From contig CACZPB010000008.1 in the NCBI GenBank assembly GCA_902782905.1, positions 1 to 38,095 on the forward strand: DNA of 38,095 nt, written 5' to 3'. Below the pieces are notes generated by a model, which saw only the letters and a program-made list of their open reading frames with translations, ran no database searches and was not told the origin of the DNA. Made by a program: the position numbers and the translations under genes. The stretch comes from an uncultured bacterium (GTDB lineage: Bacteria > Cyanobacteriota > Vampirovibrionia > Gastranaerophilales > Gastranaerophilaceae). The number at the start of each line of letters is the position of its first letter. The stretch's first letter is position 1. Shown piece by piece: positions 29,305 through 38,095 of this stretch.

Positions 29305-32300
29305 TTATTTGGATGTTTCGGAGCCGGTCTCTTGTTTCGGAGCTTCGGTCTTGAGTTCTGTCTTTGGCTCAGGTGTTGAGTCTTTTACCCCATTTACCCC
29401 ATTTACCCCATCATTTACCCCTACTCCATTTGTGCTTTCGGGAGCACTGTTTCCTCTTTTGAATAGGTTTTTGATTTCTTCAACAGAGTTTGTTATATCT
29501 GTTTTGGTGTCCTGTATGAGTTTTTTCTGGTCTTGGATAGTTGTTTTTACATCCTCAACTGTATTCTTGATATCTGAATCAAAAGAGGATTTTATGTCGT
29601 TAAGAGTTTCTGCCGTACTTTTTCTCTGATACTCGCTCAGGTCAGGATTTGAAAGCCATTTGAATGACTTAACAGAGCTTTTGCTCTCAATTCCGCCGTT
29701 AAAATTAACCTTGAAATCTTTATAATTACTACTTCCGTTAGAGAGCGCAGGGATTGCTTTTGTGTTCTCTCCGTTCGGGTTTGTTGTGAGAATATTAAGT
29801 ATCTTAGCCGTAGCTTCTCCGAATTTCGGAATATATCCCAGAATTTTGTTTGCGGATAAATCACCGATTGGTCCCAGTTTTGCGACCATTGGCGCATCAA
29901 GTCTTCCAAGTATAACTACATTTGTTGTTCCGTTAAGAAGGTTATATTTTCCGGTGATATAGTAGCAGAGACTTTGTCCTTGGCTCTTTATCGGTGCAAG
30001 GTTTGCCCAGCCGTCAGAGAATGTCAGTTTGCCGTCTAAAATATCGAATTGTGCCGTTGTTGCAAGCCCTGTTGCGTTTGAAATAGCAGTCACGGTGTTT
30101 TTCAAAAGATAATTGTTAATTATGTTTGAGGCGTTTAATAATCCTTCAAATCTACCTATCGTACCGAATGCGCCTTGTTTGATATTAAAATTCAAATTTC
30201 CCTTCATGGATTTAATCATTGAGTTATAGTCTAAAACCTTGAGCGTAAGTTTTGTATCAAAACCCAGAACACCCGTAAGCGCTTTTTTGATGCCTGCTGC
30301 GCCTTCTATGGCTTTCTCAGCATTCATTCCCGTACCTTTAAAATCAATGGCGGTTTTGGCATTTGAAAGATTATAGGCAATATTTCCGCTGACTTTTCCG
30401 TCGAAGGAGTCTCCTTTCAGGTTTTTGAGGTAAAAATCCATACCTTTAAGTTCAAAATCGCTTGAGAGGTGAGTTGCTTTTATACCTCCTGAGGCAAATT
30501 CTCTAACCGTTCCCGAGCCGTGCAGAATTGTGCCGTTGAACTTCAATTCCATATCGTTCATTATGACCGGAATTTCAGGGATAGAAACAGAAGGAACGGA
30601 AGCTGAGCCGCTTATTAGAGGGTTCATCATATTTCCTGTTATATTAATTTTGCCCTTGAATGAGAGTTTTGACCTGTCAAACATCGGTATTATTATTGTT
30701 GAAAGCTCTGTTGTAGCGTAGCTCAGGTTGAGTGTTTGTTTATTGATATTCATATCACCGGTGAGGGTAGACTTGATATCACCTGTAGATATAAAATTGA
30801 GCCCGATTTTTTCTGTCAAATAATCGGTAATTTTACCTGAGATTGTTGTCTTAATTTTTTCAATCATAACCGGTGTTTGGGTTATTTCTATCTCTTTTTC
30901 TTTAATATTAGCTTTTATTATCGGTGCAGAAACCTTAAGAGCGGGGTTAATCAAGTAAACATTTGTACTTTGAGCATTTCCGCCAAAGGTTTTTCCGTCC
31001 GAGGTTATATTAACTTTTGTACTCGGGGCTTTTAGGGTAATATCTAAAGGAATGTTTTTCAAATTGAGGTTTGCAATATCAAGATTTATGATTGGGTTAA
31101 TTTTATCCAAAGCTCCCTTGATTATTACATCCATAGAAATTGTTCCCGAAGAAATCGGGTTTTCTTTCAGTATCGAAGCTTGTCCGAGAGCTATCAAAAG
31201 CCCTTTGATGTTGAGTTTGTCTGCTGTTAGGTGAATATCCGCAACTGCGTCTTTAGTCAGCGTTCCAAATATTTTGAGCGGATGATTGAAGATAGAAAAG
31301 CTTATATTTTTAATATTAACATTATTGTCTGCAAGGTTAATATCCGCCATAATATTGTCTATTCCGATTTTGTACAGACCGTAATATACATTAGCGGAAG
31401 GAACTCGCAAAAACCCGTTCGAGAGGACTGTTTTCATATCTGATTTAAGATTAAAATCAGCATTAAGATTTCCCCTAGCCGTCAGCGTTTGTAAATCTTT
31501 TATGTTAAAAATTACGGCGATTTGTTTAACTATATTCAAAATATTTGAGATTTCGACATCTGATTTAAAATTCAAGTCAACATAGGGCTTTTTACCTGTC
31601 TTAATTTCGCCGTTAATGGTTGAAGCTTCGTTTTTTGCAGTATAAATTTTTGAGTTCAAATCGATGGTGTTACCTTTGAATTTGAGTTCAATATTGCTCT
31701 GAGGAAGGTTGATTATAGAAATTTTATCGGCATTCATATAGCCGTCAATGCTATCTTTTGTGGTTTTCAAGTCGATAGTTGCATTTGCTCTAACGTTATT
31801 ATTATATAAACCGTTAAGAATAGATATAACGTTGATTTTTACGGGCTCTTGCTTGTTTTCTTCCTCTTGTGGGTTGAATATTAAGTCTTCAAGCTCAACT
31901 TCCGGCATGATTTTGTTAAATAGCTTTATGTTGTACGCAAACTGCTCTCTGTCTTTAAGCAGGATTTTTCCTGAGCCTTTAACTTTTATGCTTTTATTGA
32001 TGATAAACTCTGTAATATCGGTTTTGTCTCCGTCAAGAACGTATTTGTCTTTGCCGTCAGTGATTGTAAGTTTGTAATCGCCCAAATGAATATCGGGAAG
32101 GTGATTGGAGAGCTTTAGGGGCAATTTGTATGGTTTAGCGTCCTTAGTTATTGTCTTGGTTTCGCTATTATCTGATTTTTCTTCTGTTTCGGGAAGATAT
32201 TTGAGCAGATCTAAATCGCCGTTTTTATCAAATTTCAAAGTAATTTCTGCGTTATCAAGGCTTATTACATCCAAGCGTATTTGTTTTGCAAGAAGCGGAA

Positions 32301-32595
32301 TGAGTGACATTTTAATCTGAAAATTTTCTGAAACAAAAATAGGCTCTTTTTGCGGGGTATAGAGTTCAAATTTTTTAACCTTCAAACCTTCCGTAAGTTT
32401 AGGAGTTGTAACGATTTTTACCTCCTCTAATCCTGCACTCAAACCGGTCAGTTTATTAATTTCTCCTACAAGCTGCGGAGTGTATTTGTCGATTGCAAAA
32501 TTTAGTACAAAAGGCAGTAAAAGAAACAATAAAAATATTCCTGCCAAAATGCTGCCCAAAATTACACCTAATTTTGTTAAAAATTTCAGATTCAT
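29305..32595 (-). CDS. AsmA-like (repeating beta-taco) envelope protein
   Basis: 1096 aa; single N-terminal TM anchor; IKMSLIPLLAKQIRLDVISLDNAEITL is typical of the AsmA N-terminus; long beta-rich body. Confidence 0.8.
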   Translation of the reverse strand: MNLKFLTKLGVILGSILAGIFLLFLLLPFVLNFAIDKYTPQLVGEINKLTGLSAGLEEVKIVTTPKLTEGLKVKKFELYTPQKEPIFVSENFQIKMSLIPLLAKQIRLDVISLDNAEITLKFDKNGDLDLLKYLPETEEKSDNSETKTITKDAKPYKLPLKLSNHLPDIHLGDYKLTITDGKDKYVLDGDKTDITEFIINKSIKVKGSGKILLKDREQFAYNIKLFNKIMPEVELEDLIFNPQEEENKQEPVKINVISILNGLYNNNVRANATIDLKTTKDSIDGYMNADKISIINLPQSNIELKFKGNTIDLNSKIYTAKNEASTINGEIKTGKKPYVDLNFKSDVEISNILNIVKQIAVIFNIKDLQTLTARGNLNADFNLKSDMKTVLSNGFLRVPSANVYYGLYKIGIDNIMADINLADNNVNIKNISFSIFNHPLKIFGTLTKDAVADIHLTADKLNIKGLLIALGQASILKENPISSGTISMDVIIKGALDKINPIINLDIANLNLKNIPLDITLKAPSTKVNITSDGKTFGGNAQSTNVYLINPALKVSAPIIKANIKEKEIEITQTPVMIEKIKTTISGKITDYLTEKIGLNFISTGDIKSTLTGDMNINKQTLNLSYATTELSTIIIPMFDRSKLSFKGKINITGNMMNPLISGSASVPSVSIPEIPVIMNDMELKFNGTILHGSGTVREFASGGIKATHLSSDFELKGMDFYLKNLKGDSFDGKVSGNIAYNLSNAKTAIDFKGTGMNAEKAIEGAAGIKKALTGVLGFDTKLTLKVLDYNSMIKSMKGNLNFNIKQGAFGTIGRFEGLLNASNIINNYLLKNTVTAISNATGLATTAQFDILDGKLTFSDGWANLAPIKSQGQSLCYYITGKYNLLNGTTNVVILGRLDAPMVAKLGPIGDLSANKILGYIPKFGEATAKILNILTTNPNGENTKAIPALSNGSSNYKDFKVNFNGGIESKSSVKSFKWLSNPDLSEYQRKSTAETLNDIKSSFDSDIKNTVEDVKTTIQDQKKLIQDTKTDITNSVEEIKNLFKRGNSAPESTNGVGVNDGVNGVNGVKDSTPEPKTELKTEAPKQETGSETSK

Positions 32596-32759
32596 AATAG
32601 TTCTCCCCTTTAATATATATATTTTAACATAATCAGGAAATAGGTGAATAGGCTTATTTTCTCTTGAAATCTATTTCCGACTCCGTTATTCTATGTATTT
32701 ACATTTATCTCAAAAAATTGTAAAATGTTTAGGTTATATAAGTATAGAGAGGATTTTAT

Positions 32760-34085
32760 ATGAAATTTTATATGCAAGTCTTGATTGCGTTGGGACTGGG
32801 TCTGAAACGTAATTGGCACATATTTGCCGGCCTGATTTTAGGTGTGATTGTAGGTATTTGGATGCATTCTCACCCGCATGCACTCCTAATGAACACGCTT
32901 ACTTTTATAGGTCAGGTGTTTATAAGATTGATACAAATGGTAGTTATACCGCTTGTTATATCGGCAATAGTAATAGGTATCACAAGTGTAGGCGACAGCA
33001 AACAAATCGGCAAGCTCGGCACAAAAATGGTTCTCTATTATACATTTATAACAGTAGCCGCAGTCTCAATAGGTGCGGGTTTGGCGCTCTGGATGCAGCC
33101 GGGGCTTGGTGCTGCGCAATATATTAATTCTGACATTGCAGGTGATATTCAAGCAAAAGTCGCAGCTACAATTGAATCTCAAAGAGGGAATCTTCTGAAT
33201 ATCATTTTGGGCTTTATTCCTAAAAATCCTCTGTCATCAATTGCTTCAGGAGATATGGTTCCGATTATTGTATTTGCTCTTATGTTCTCTGTAGCGCTTG
33301 CTCGTGTGGGTGAAATTAACAGACCTTTTGTTAGCTTTTTTGAATCAATATTTGCAGCAACAATGAAAATAACAGACTGGATTATGGCATTCGCAGCTCC
33401 TGGGGTATTTGCTCTTACTGCTGTTGCGGTTTCATCTTTCGGAGTAGATATTTTTGCAAGCATTTCAAAATATTTGGCAGTTTTGGCAATCGGTTTTGCA
33501 ATACAGTTTTTCTTTGTGTATCCGATTTTCTTAAAGATTTTCTCAAAAGTTCCTGTAATGATGCTCTTTGCAGCAATTGCCGAAGCAATGATGGTAGCTT
33601 TCGGAACCGCAAGTTCATCTGCTACGCTCCCGTTAACTATCGCATGCTGCGAAAAACGAGGTATCTCTCACAAAATTTCAAGCTTTGTATTACCGCTTGG
33701 AGCAACATTGAATATGGACGGAACGGCAATGCTTCAAACCGTTGCGGTAATTTTCCTTGCTCAAGCGTACGGCATAGCTCTTTCTCCGTTCCTCGTAATC
33801 CAAATAGCACTTTTGGCAATAGTTGCTTCTTCTACTTGCGCGGGTATTCCTGGGGCTGGATTAATAACAATTGCTCTTGTGCTTAACGGAATGGGCTTGA
33901 GTCCGGAACAGCTTGTTGCAGGATTTGCGTTCCTATTCACAATAGAGAGAATTACGGATATGATGAGAACTCTCCTCAACGTAACTTCCGACGCGGTTGT
34001 ATGTGCTGCTATTGCGGATAATGAAAACGAAATTAATTACGATCTTTTGAATAATCCGGAAGAATATGGAGAAATTATTAATTAG
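32760..34085 (+). CDS. Dicarboxylate/amino acid:cation symporter (DAACS, GltP/GltPh family)
   Basis: FIRLIQMVVIPLV, AFGTASSSATLP, LPLGATLNMDGT, DMMRTLLNVTSD. Confidence 0.95.
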   Translation: MKFYMQVLIALGLGLKRNWHIFAGLILGVIVGIWMHSHPHALLMNTLTFIGQVFIRLIQMVVIPLVISAIVIGITSVGDSKQIGKLGTKMVLYYTFITVAAVSIGAGLALWMQPGLGAAQYINSDIAGDIQAKVAATIESQRGNLLNIILGFIPKNPLSSIASGDMVPIIVFALMFSVALARVGEINRPFVSFFESIFAATMKITDWIMAFAAPGVFALTAVAVSSFGVDIFASISKYLAVLAIGFAIQFFFVYPIFLKIFSKVPVMMLFAAIAEAMMVAFGTASSSATLPLTIACCEKRGISHKISSFVLPLGATLNMDGTAMLQTVAVIFLAQAYGIALSPFLVIQIALLAIVASSTCAGIPGAGLITIALVLNGMGLSPEQLVAGFAFLFTIERITDMMRTLLNVTSDAVVCAAIADNENEINYDLLNNPEEYGEIIN

Positions 34086-34105
34086 ATTTTTAGCTATACA
34101 AACCG

Positions 34106-34140
34106 AAAAGAAGTCGAACAAAAGTTCGGCTTCTTTTTTT
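34106..34140 (+). terminator. Intrinsic terminator after the DAACS gene
   Basis: AAAAGAAGTCGAAC-AAAA-GTTCGGCTTC followed by a T run. Confidence 0.8.
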
Positions 34141-34142
34141 AA

Positions 34143-34167
34143 TAGCAAAAAATTTTTTTACGGTTTT
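34143..34167 (+). promoter_or_regulatory. Conserved upstream motif B
   Basis: TAGCAAAAAATTTTTTTACGGTTTT; ATG begins 18 nt from the A of ACGG, as at 27598. Confidence 0.5.
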
Positions 34168-34177
34168 TTAAAGGATT

Positions 34178-35929
34178 ATGAAGATTAATACAAATTATTC
34201 AACAGTAAACATGGTTTACGCAAAAAATATTAAAAGAGAAGAAAAACCTAATTTTAAAGGGATTCCAAATCCGATTGAAATTACAGGGTTGGGAATTTTG
34301 TCTTCGCTTGCTCTGATTGGATGTGCTAAAATGTTAGAAATAATAAGGTGCGGAGAAAAAGAGATGAGCGAACTTGATAAATTTAACGAACTTAAGACAA
34401 AACTTGAAAAGAAACAGGAACCGATTGAGAAAAAAGCAAGATATCTTGATTGGGAGTTTTACATAAATTCAACTCCCGAAAATATGGAAAAGATGCAGAA
34501 AGTCTGGGATGAGTTTAGCGAAATTTATAAAGATAAAAAAGCTTATGAAAAATTTAAGTCTATTGACGGCTCAAAATTCAACACCCACGATGCTAAATTG
34601 CTTAAAGATATTTTAAAAGATTTCGACGATGAACTAAATACAGGTGATGAAAAAAAAGCCCTGAGAGATAAAGAAAACGAAATCGCTCAAAAAAATAACA
34701 CCTATGTTCCGACTATTGACGGAAAAGAAGTTTCAAAAGCTGAAATAGCATCTATTTTGCAAAAAGAAACTAACCCCCAAATCAGAAAAAAAGCGTACGA
34801 AGCAAAAATTAAGGGTGGAGATTTGATAGCCGACGATTTGATTGCGTTTGTCAAAATGCGAAACGAATACGCTAAAACAAAAGGGTACGATAACTTTTTT
34901 GATTACACTTTAAAAGAAACTTATGACGTAGATGCCGAATTTTTGGATAAACTTATTAATGACGTTTATTCACAATCACAAGGGAAAATAAATACTATAA
35001 GAGAACGTTTGAATGGAGAGTTAAGGGAATTTTTCGGTACTGACGAGCTTAAGGCATATCATTACAACTTTCTCTTGCCATCAAATCCGAGTAAAGATGT
35101 AAACGATGTGTTGGAAAAATTGGCTAAAACTCATCCTTACATAATAGAGGAGATTTCCAAAAAAGCTTATGAGGGTATGGGATATGATGTAGATGCTCTG
35201 AAAAAAGAAGGAAAATTGACGCTCGATTTATACCCCAGAAAGGGTAAAAATACACACGGTTTTTGTTTCGGAATTGATTCCGGACGAGATGCCCGAATTT
35301 TAGCAAACCTAAAAACTGATGTAAACGCACTTGATACTTTGAATCACGAAATGGGGCACTGCGTACACTATTTAGGCGTATCAACCGATTTGCCGTATTT
35401 TGACAGAGCCGATGTCCCGCCTGCTTTAACAGAAGCTATTGCTATGATGATGGGTGATATCATAAAAAGAGAAGATGTGTTGAAAGATGTTCTGCCGAAA
35501 GAAAGCTTAAAAAAATTCAAAGATTCTTTCAGTGAAGACGAAGCGAATTTTATTGCGTCAAGTCTCAGAATTATAGATTTTGAACGCAATTTGTATAAAA
35601 ATCCTGATTGCGACCCCAAAAAGTTGTGGCAGGAGTTAACAAAAAAATATTTAAACAGAGATGATGATGCGACAAATGAATGGGCAACTATTCCTCACTA
35701 TATTTCTCACCCTGCTTATTATCAGAACTATTTTAGAGCTGCGCTTATGAAGGCACAAATATATAACCATCTGAAAGAAACGCTCGGAAATATTACCGAA
35801 AATAAAAATAGTGCAAATTATATGATAGAAAACATATTCAGATACGGCAGCTCTCTCGATGAATACGATTTGATTAAAAACCTTACGGGAAAAGAGTTCT
35901 CGGCAGACGATTTTACAAAAAGTCTGTAA
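34178..35929 (+). CDS. M3/M2-like (gluzincin) zinc metallopeptidase with N-terminal leader and hydrophobic segment
   Basis: DLYPRKGKNTHGFC, zinc motif HEMGH, third ligand in LTEAIA, WATIPHYISHPAYYQNY. Confidence 0.9.
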   Translation: MKINTNYSTVNMVYAKNIKREEKPNFKGIPNPIEITGLGILSSLALIGCAKMLEIIRCGEKEMSELDKFNELKTKLEKKQEPIEKKARYLDWEFYINSTPENMEKMQKVWDEFSEIYKDKKAYEKFKSIDGSKFNTHDAKLLKDILKDFDDELNTGDEKKALRDKENEIAQKNNTYVPTIDGKEVSKAEIASILQKETNPQIRKKAYEAKIKGGDLIADDLIAFVKMRNEYAKTKGYDNFFDYTLKETYDVDAEFLDKLINDVYSQSQGKINTIRERLNGELREFFGTDELKAYHYNFLLPSNPSKDVNDVLEKLAKTHPYIIEEISKKAYEGMGYDVDALKKEGKLTLDLYPRKGKNTHGFCFGIDSGRDARILANLKTDVNALDTLNHEMGHCVHYLGVSTDLPYFDRADVPPALTEAIAMMMGDIIKREDVLKDVLPKESLKKFKDSFSEDEANFIASSLRIIDFERNLYKNPDCDPKKLWQELTKKYLNRDDDATNEWATIPHYISHPAYYQNYFRAALMKAQIYNHLKETLGNITENKNSANYMIENIFRYGSSLDEYDLIKNLTGKEFSADDFTKSL

Positions 35930-35930
35930 G

Positions 35931-36893
35931 TTATTTAAGCTCTATTTCCTTTATATATCTCGGGCGGCTCTTGACTTCGTTAAATATTTGTCCCAAGTAT
36001 TCTCCAATAATACCGAGGCAGAAGATTTGAAGCCCGCCGAAGAATGCAAGCAAAATAACCAGCGTTGCCCAGCCACCCGGAGTTGTGTGAAGAATATATT
36101 TTTCAATAACAACTTCTAATGCCAAAAGGAAGCTGCATAGCATAGTAAGCACTCCAAAAGCTGCAATTATTCTAAGAGGTACAATGCTGAATGCTGTAAT
36201 ACCGTTCAGTGCAAGGCTCGTAAGTGAAAATACGTTAAACTTGGAACTTCCCAGAGCTCTTGGTTTTACGTTAAAGTGCACGTAAGCGGTCTTTAGTCCG
36301 ATTTCGTGGAAAAAACCTCTCAAGAACAAGCCTTCTTCGGGGTATTGTGATAAAATTTCCAGCCCTCTTTTGCTTACCAGTCTGAAATCAGAATGATTAG
36401 GCGGAATTTTTACGCCTAAAATGTTCATAAGTTTGTAGAAGCAAAGAGCCGTATATTTCTTGAAGAAAGAATCTGTCTTTCTGTCGTTTCTTATACCGGA
36501 TACAATGTCAGCACCTTTGTGGAACTCGTCTACAAAAGTCTCAATAGCGTTTTCGTCTTGCTGTAAATCAGCATCAATTGATACAACACAATCACAACCG
36601 ATTTCTTTCACTCCCAAGAGCCCTGCTATGAGAGCCTTTTGGTTGCCATAGTTGCGGATGAATTTTGTACCTTTAATCCTCTCGCCATATTTTTCTCGAA
36701 GCGCATTAATTATTTCCCATGTTCTATCCTTTGAACCGTCGTCAATTAAATAAACATAGCTGTCTTCAGAAATTTTGCCCTTGGAGATAATATCATCCAA
36801 TACTTCTAATAGTCTCTCTGTCGTTGTTTTTACTACAAGCTCCTCGTTAAAACACGGAACTATAATTGCAAGTCTTGATTTTTGTTCGCTCAT
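35931..36893 (-). CDS. GT2 polyprenol-phosphate glycosyltransferase (GtrB/YkcC-like)
   Basis: IIVPCFNEE, IDDGSKDRT, RNYGNQKAL, IDADLQ, SDFRLVS, two C-terminal TMs, GIIGEYLG...RPRY; start revised to 36893 after GAGAGGA. Confidence 0.92.
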   Translation of the reverse strand: MSEQKSRLAIIVPCFNEELVVKTTTERLLEVLDDIISKGKISEDSYVYLIDDGSKDRTWEIINALREKYGERIKGTKFIRNYGNQKALIAGLLGVKEIGCDCVVSIDADLQQDENAIETFVDEFHKGADIVSGIRNDRKTDSFFKKYTALCFYKLMNILGVKIPPNHSDFRLVSKRGLEILSQYPEEGLFLRGFFHEIGLKTAYVHFNVKPRALGSSKFNVFSLTSLALNGITAFSIVPLRIIAAFGVLTMLCSFLLALEVVIEKYILHTTPGGWATLVILLAFFGGLQIFCLGIIGEYLGQIFNEVKSRPRYIKEIELK

Positions 36894-36950
36894 TGTAATC
36901 CTCTCAAAAATATAATACAATAAAATGTGTAATAAGAGAAGGAGTTAATT

Positions 36951-37805
36951 TTGGCTGATAAAAAATTTGTTCTAAATGCTGATGATTTTGGCATGACAAG
37001 CGCATACAATACTGCAATTCTCGAAGGATATGAAACAGGTATTCTAAAAAGCGCCAGTCTTGTTGCAAATGGTGATGCTTATGAAGAAGCTGTTACAAAA
37101 GTGATACCGGCATGCCCTGAACTAGGAGTCGGAGTTCACCTGAATATAATTGAGGGTAAAGCTCTTGCAGCAGAAATCGGTCTGCTTACTGATTCAAACG
37201 GTGTTTTTAACAACTCTTACGGTCAAATGATAATAAAATCCTATCAGAAAAAAGAGTTTTTAGAGCAGGCTGAGAAGGAATTCAGGGCTCAGATAGAAAA
37301 AATAAAATCTTCAGGAATTAAGCCGACACATATTGATTCTCACGTTCATACTCACGCAATCCCGCCTTTGTTTGAGCTTGTGTGTAAACTTGCAAAAGAA
37401 TACGAAATTCCCCAAATCAGAACACAGTTTGAAAGACCATATTTAGTGCCGGATATTTTAATCCATCTTAATTTGAAATATCCCGTAAATTTGATAAAAA
37501 TAGCCTTGCTGAATAGTTTTACTATTATTAACAAGCCAAAAGTTAAGCGCTATGGACTGACTACGAATGACTATCTTCTCGGAGTAGGGTATACATCTAT
37601 GATGAGCAGTTTGACCGTATCTTCAGGACTTTATGTCTTAAAAGATAAGAAAAATATTGTTGCAGAAGCGCTTATTCATCCATGCCGCTACGATGACGGC
37701 ACAATTGACGGGCATTTTAGAGAATTCCAAATTACCAGAAATGCAAAATTGAAATCTAAAATAGAAACATTGGGCTACGAAATTGGAAACTATTTGATTA
37801 AATAG
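36951..37805 (+). CDS. YdjC/ChbG/HpnK-family carbohydrate deacetylase
   Basis: LNADDFG, GVGVHLN, PTHIDSHVHTH, LIHP; TTG start after AAGGAG. Confidence 0.92.
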   Translation: MADKKFVLNADDFGMTSAYNTAILEGYETGILKSASLVANGDAYEEAVTKVIPACPELGVGVHLNIIEGKALAAEIGLLTDSNGVFNNSYGQMIIKSYQKKEFLEQAEKEFRAQIEKIKSSGIKPTHIDSHVHTHAIPPLFELVCKLAKEYEIPQIRTQFERPYLVPDILIHLNLKYPVNLIKIALLNSFTIINKPKVKRYGLTTNDYLLGVGYTSMMSSLTVSSGLYVLKDKKNIVAEALIHPCRYDDGTIDGHFREFQITRNAKLKSKIETLGYEIGNYLIK

Positions 37806-38095
37806 TGTTTAAGAGAAATTGTCGGCATTGCTATGCTGATTATTAACTGCAAACACCCTCACCCGCCTTCGGCACCCTCTCCCCTCAAGGGCGAGGGAAG
37901 ATGCTTGCGATGTTCTCTTTTCGCGGGGTAATAGAAAAGTGTTTTATAGAAATTGTCGGCATAGTAATGCTGATTATTAACTGCAAATACCCTCACCTGC
38001 CTTCGGCACCTTCCCCCTCAAGGGCGAGGGAAGACGCTTACGATGTTCTCTTTTCGCAGGGTAATGGAAAAGTGTTTTATAGAAATTGTCGGCAT
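37804..38095 (+). repeat. Tandem repeat of about 134 bp (2 full copies plus a third truncated by the window edge) containing REP-like hairpins
   Basis: Units start at 37804, 37938 and 38071. Each contains TGTCGGCAT-N4-ATGCTGAT and a CCCTCACC(C/T)GCCTTCGGCACC...CCCCTCAAGGGCGAGGG element. Confidence 0.92.

Noticed and set aside
29382-29430. TTTACCCCA 9-bp microrepeat
   Set aside because: It encodes the low-complexity GVN tail of the AsmA-like protein and is in-frame; no evidence of separate function.
32636-32678. GGAAATAG...CTATTTCC inverted repeat between the asmA-like and DAACS genes
   Set aside because: Single 8-bp arm pair with a long loop; insufficient to assign a function.
37804-38095. 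Possible CRISPR array or tRNA cluster
   Set aside because: The whole 134-bp unit repeats with no spacers; no cloverleaf or T-loop motif was recognised.

Overview
AT-rich bacterial chromosomal window. It is most consistent with a non-photosynthetic cyanobacterial relative (Vampirovibrionia/Melainabacteria, Gastranaerophilales-like); this is inferred from the IctB-like and DUF4330-like genes and the gene style, not from a database search. The housekeeping backbone comprises nusA (partial), rimP, lysS, galE, recF, ligA, an RfaE1/HldE kinase, rnpA, ilvE, deoB, an AsmA-like protein, a DAACS symporter, a GT2 and a YdjC/ChbG protein. Interspersed are about 10 mostly stand-alone genes for unrelated proteins: a glycogen-synthase-like GT5, a GNAT, an HD-GYP, an M3-like peptidase, a Ski2/HelY helicase and membrane orphans. 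Five of these share a polar N-terminal leader ending in an 'x-[N/S/G]-F-[K/Q/R/G]-[G/A/S]' motif, and others have partial versions. Two distinct conserved upstream DNA motifs precede subsets of these genes (AAATACTTTAT-N5-TATAG x3; TAGC-N13-ACGG-x-TTT with ATG at a fixed distance x2). Together these suggest an undescribed co-regulated protein targeting/export system. Other observations: a premature in-frame stop in the GAF-GGDEF-HD gene, altered catalytic motifs in the GT5, several probable leaderless mRNAs, a rimP attenuator and several REP-like repeat families. No rRNA, tRNA, CRISPR array or transposase was seen.
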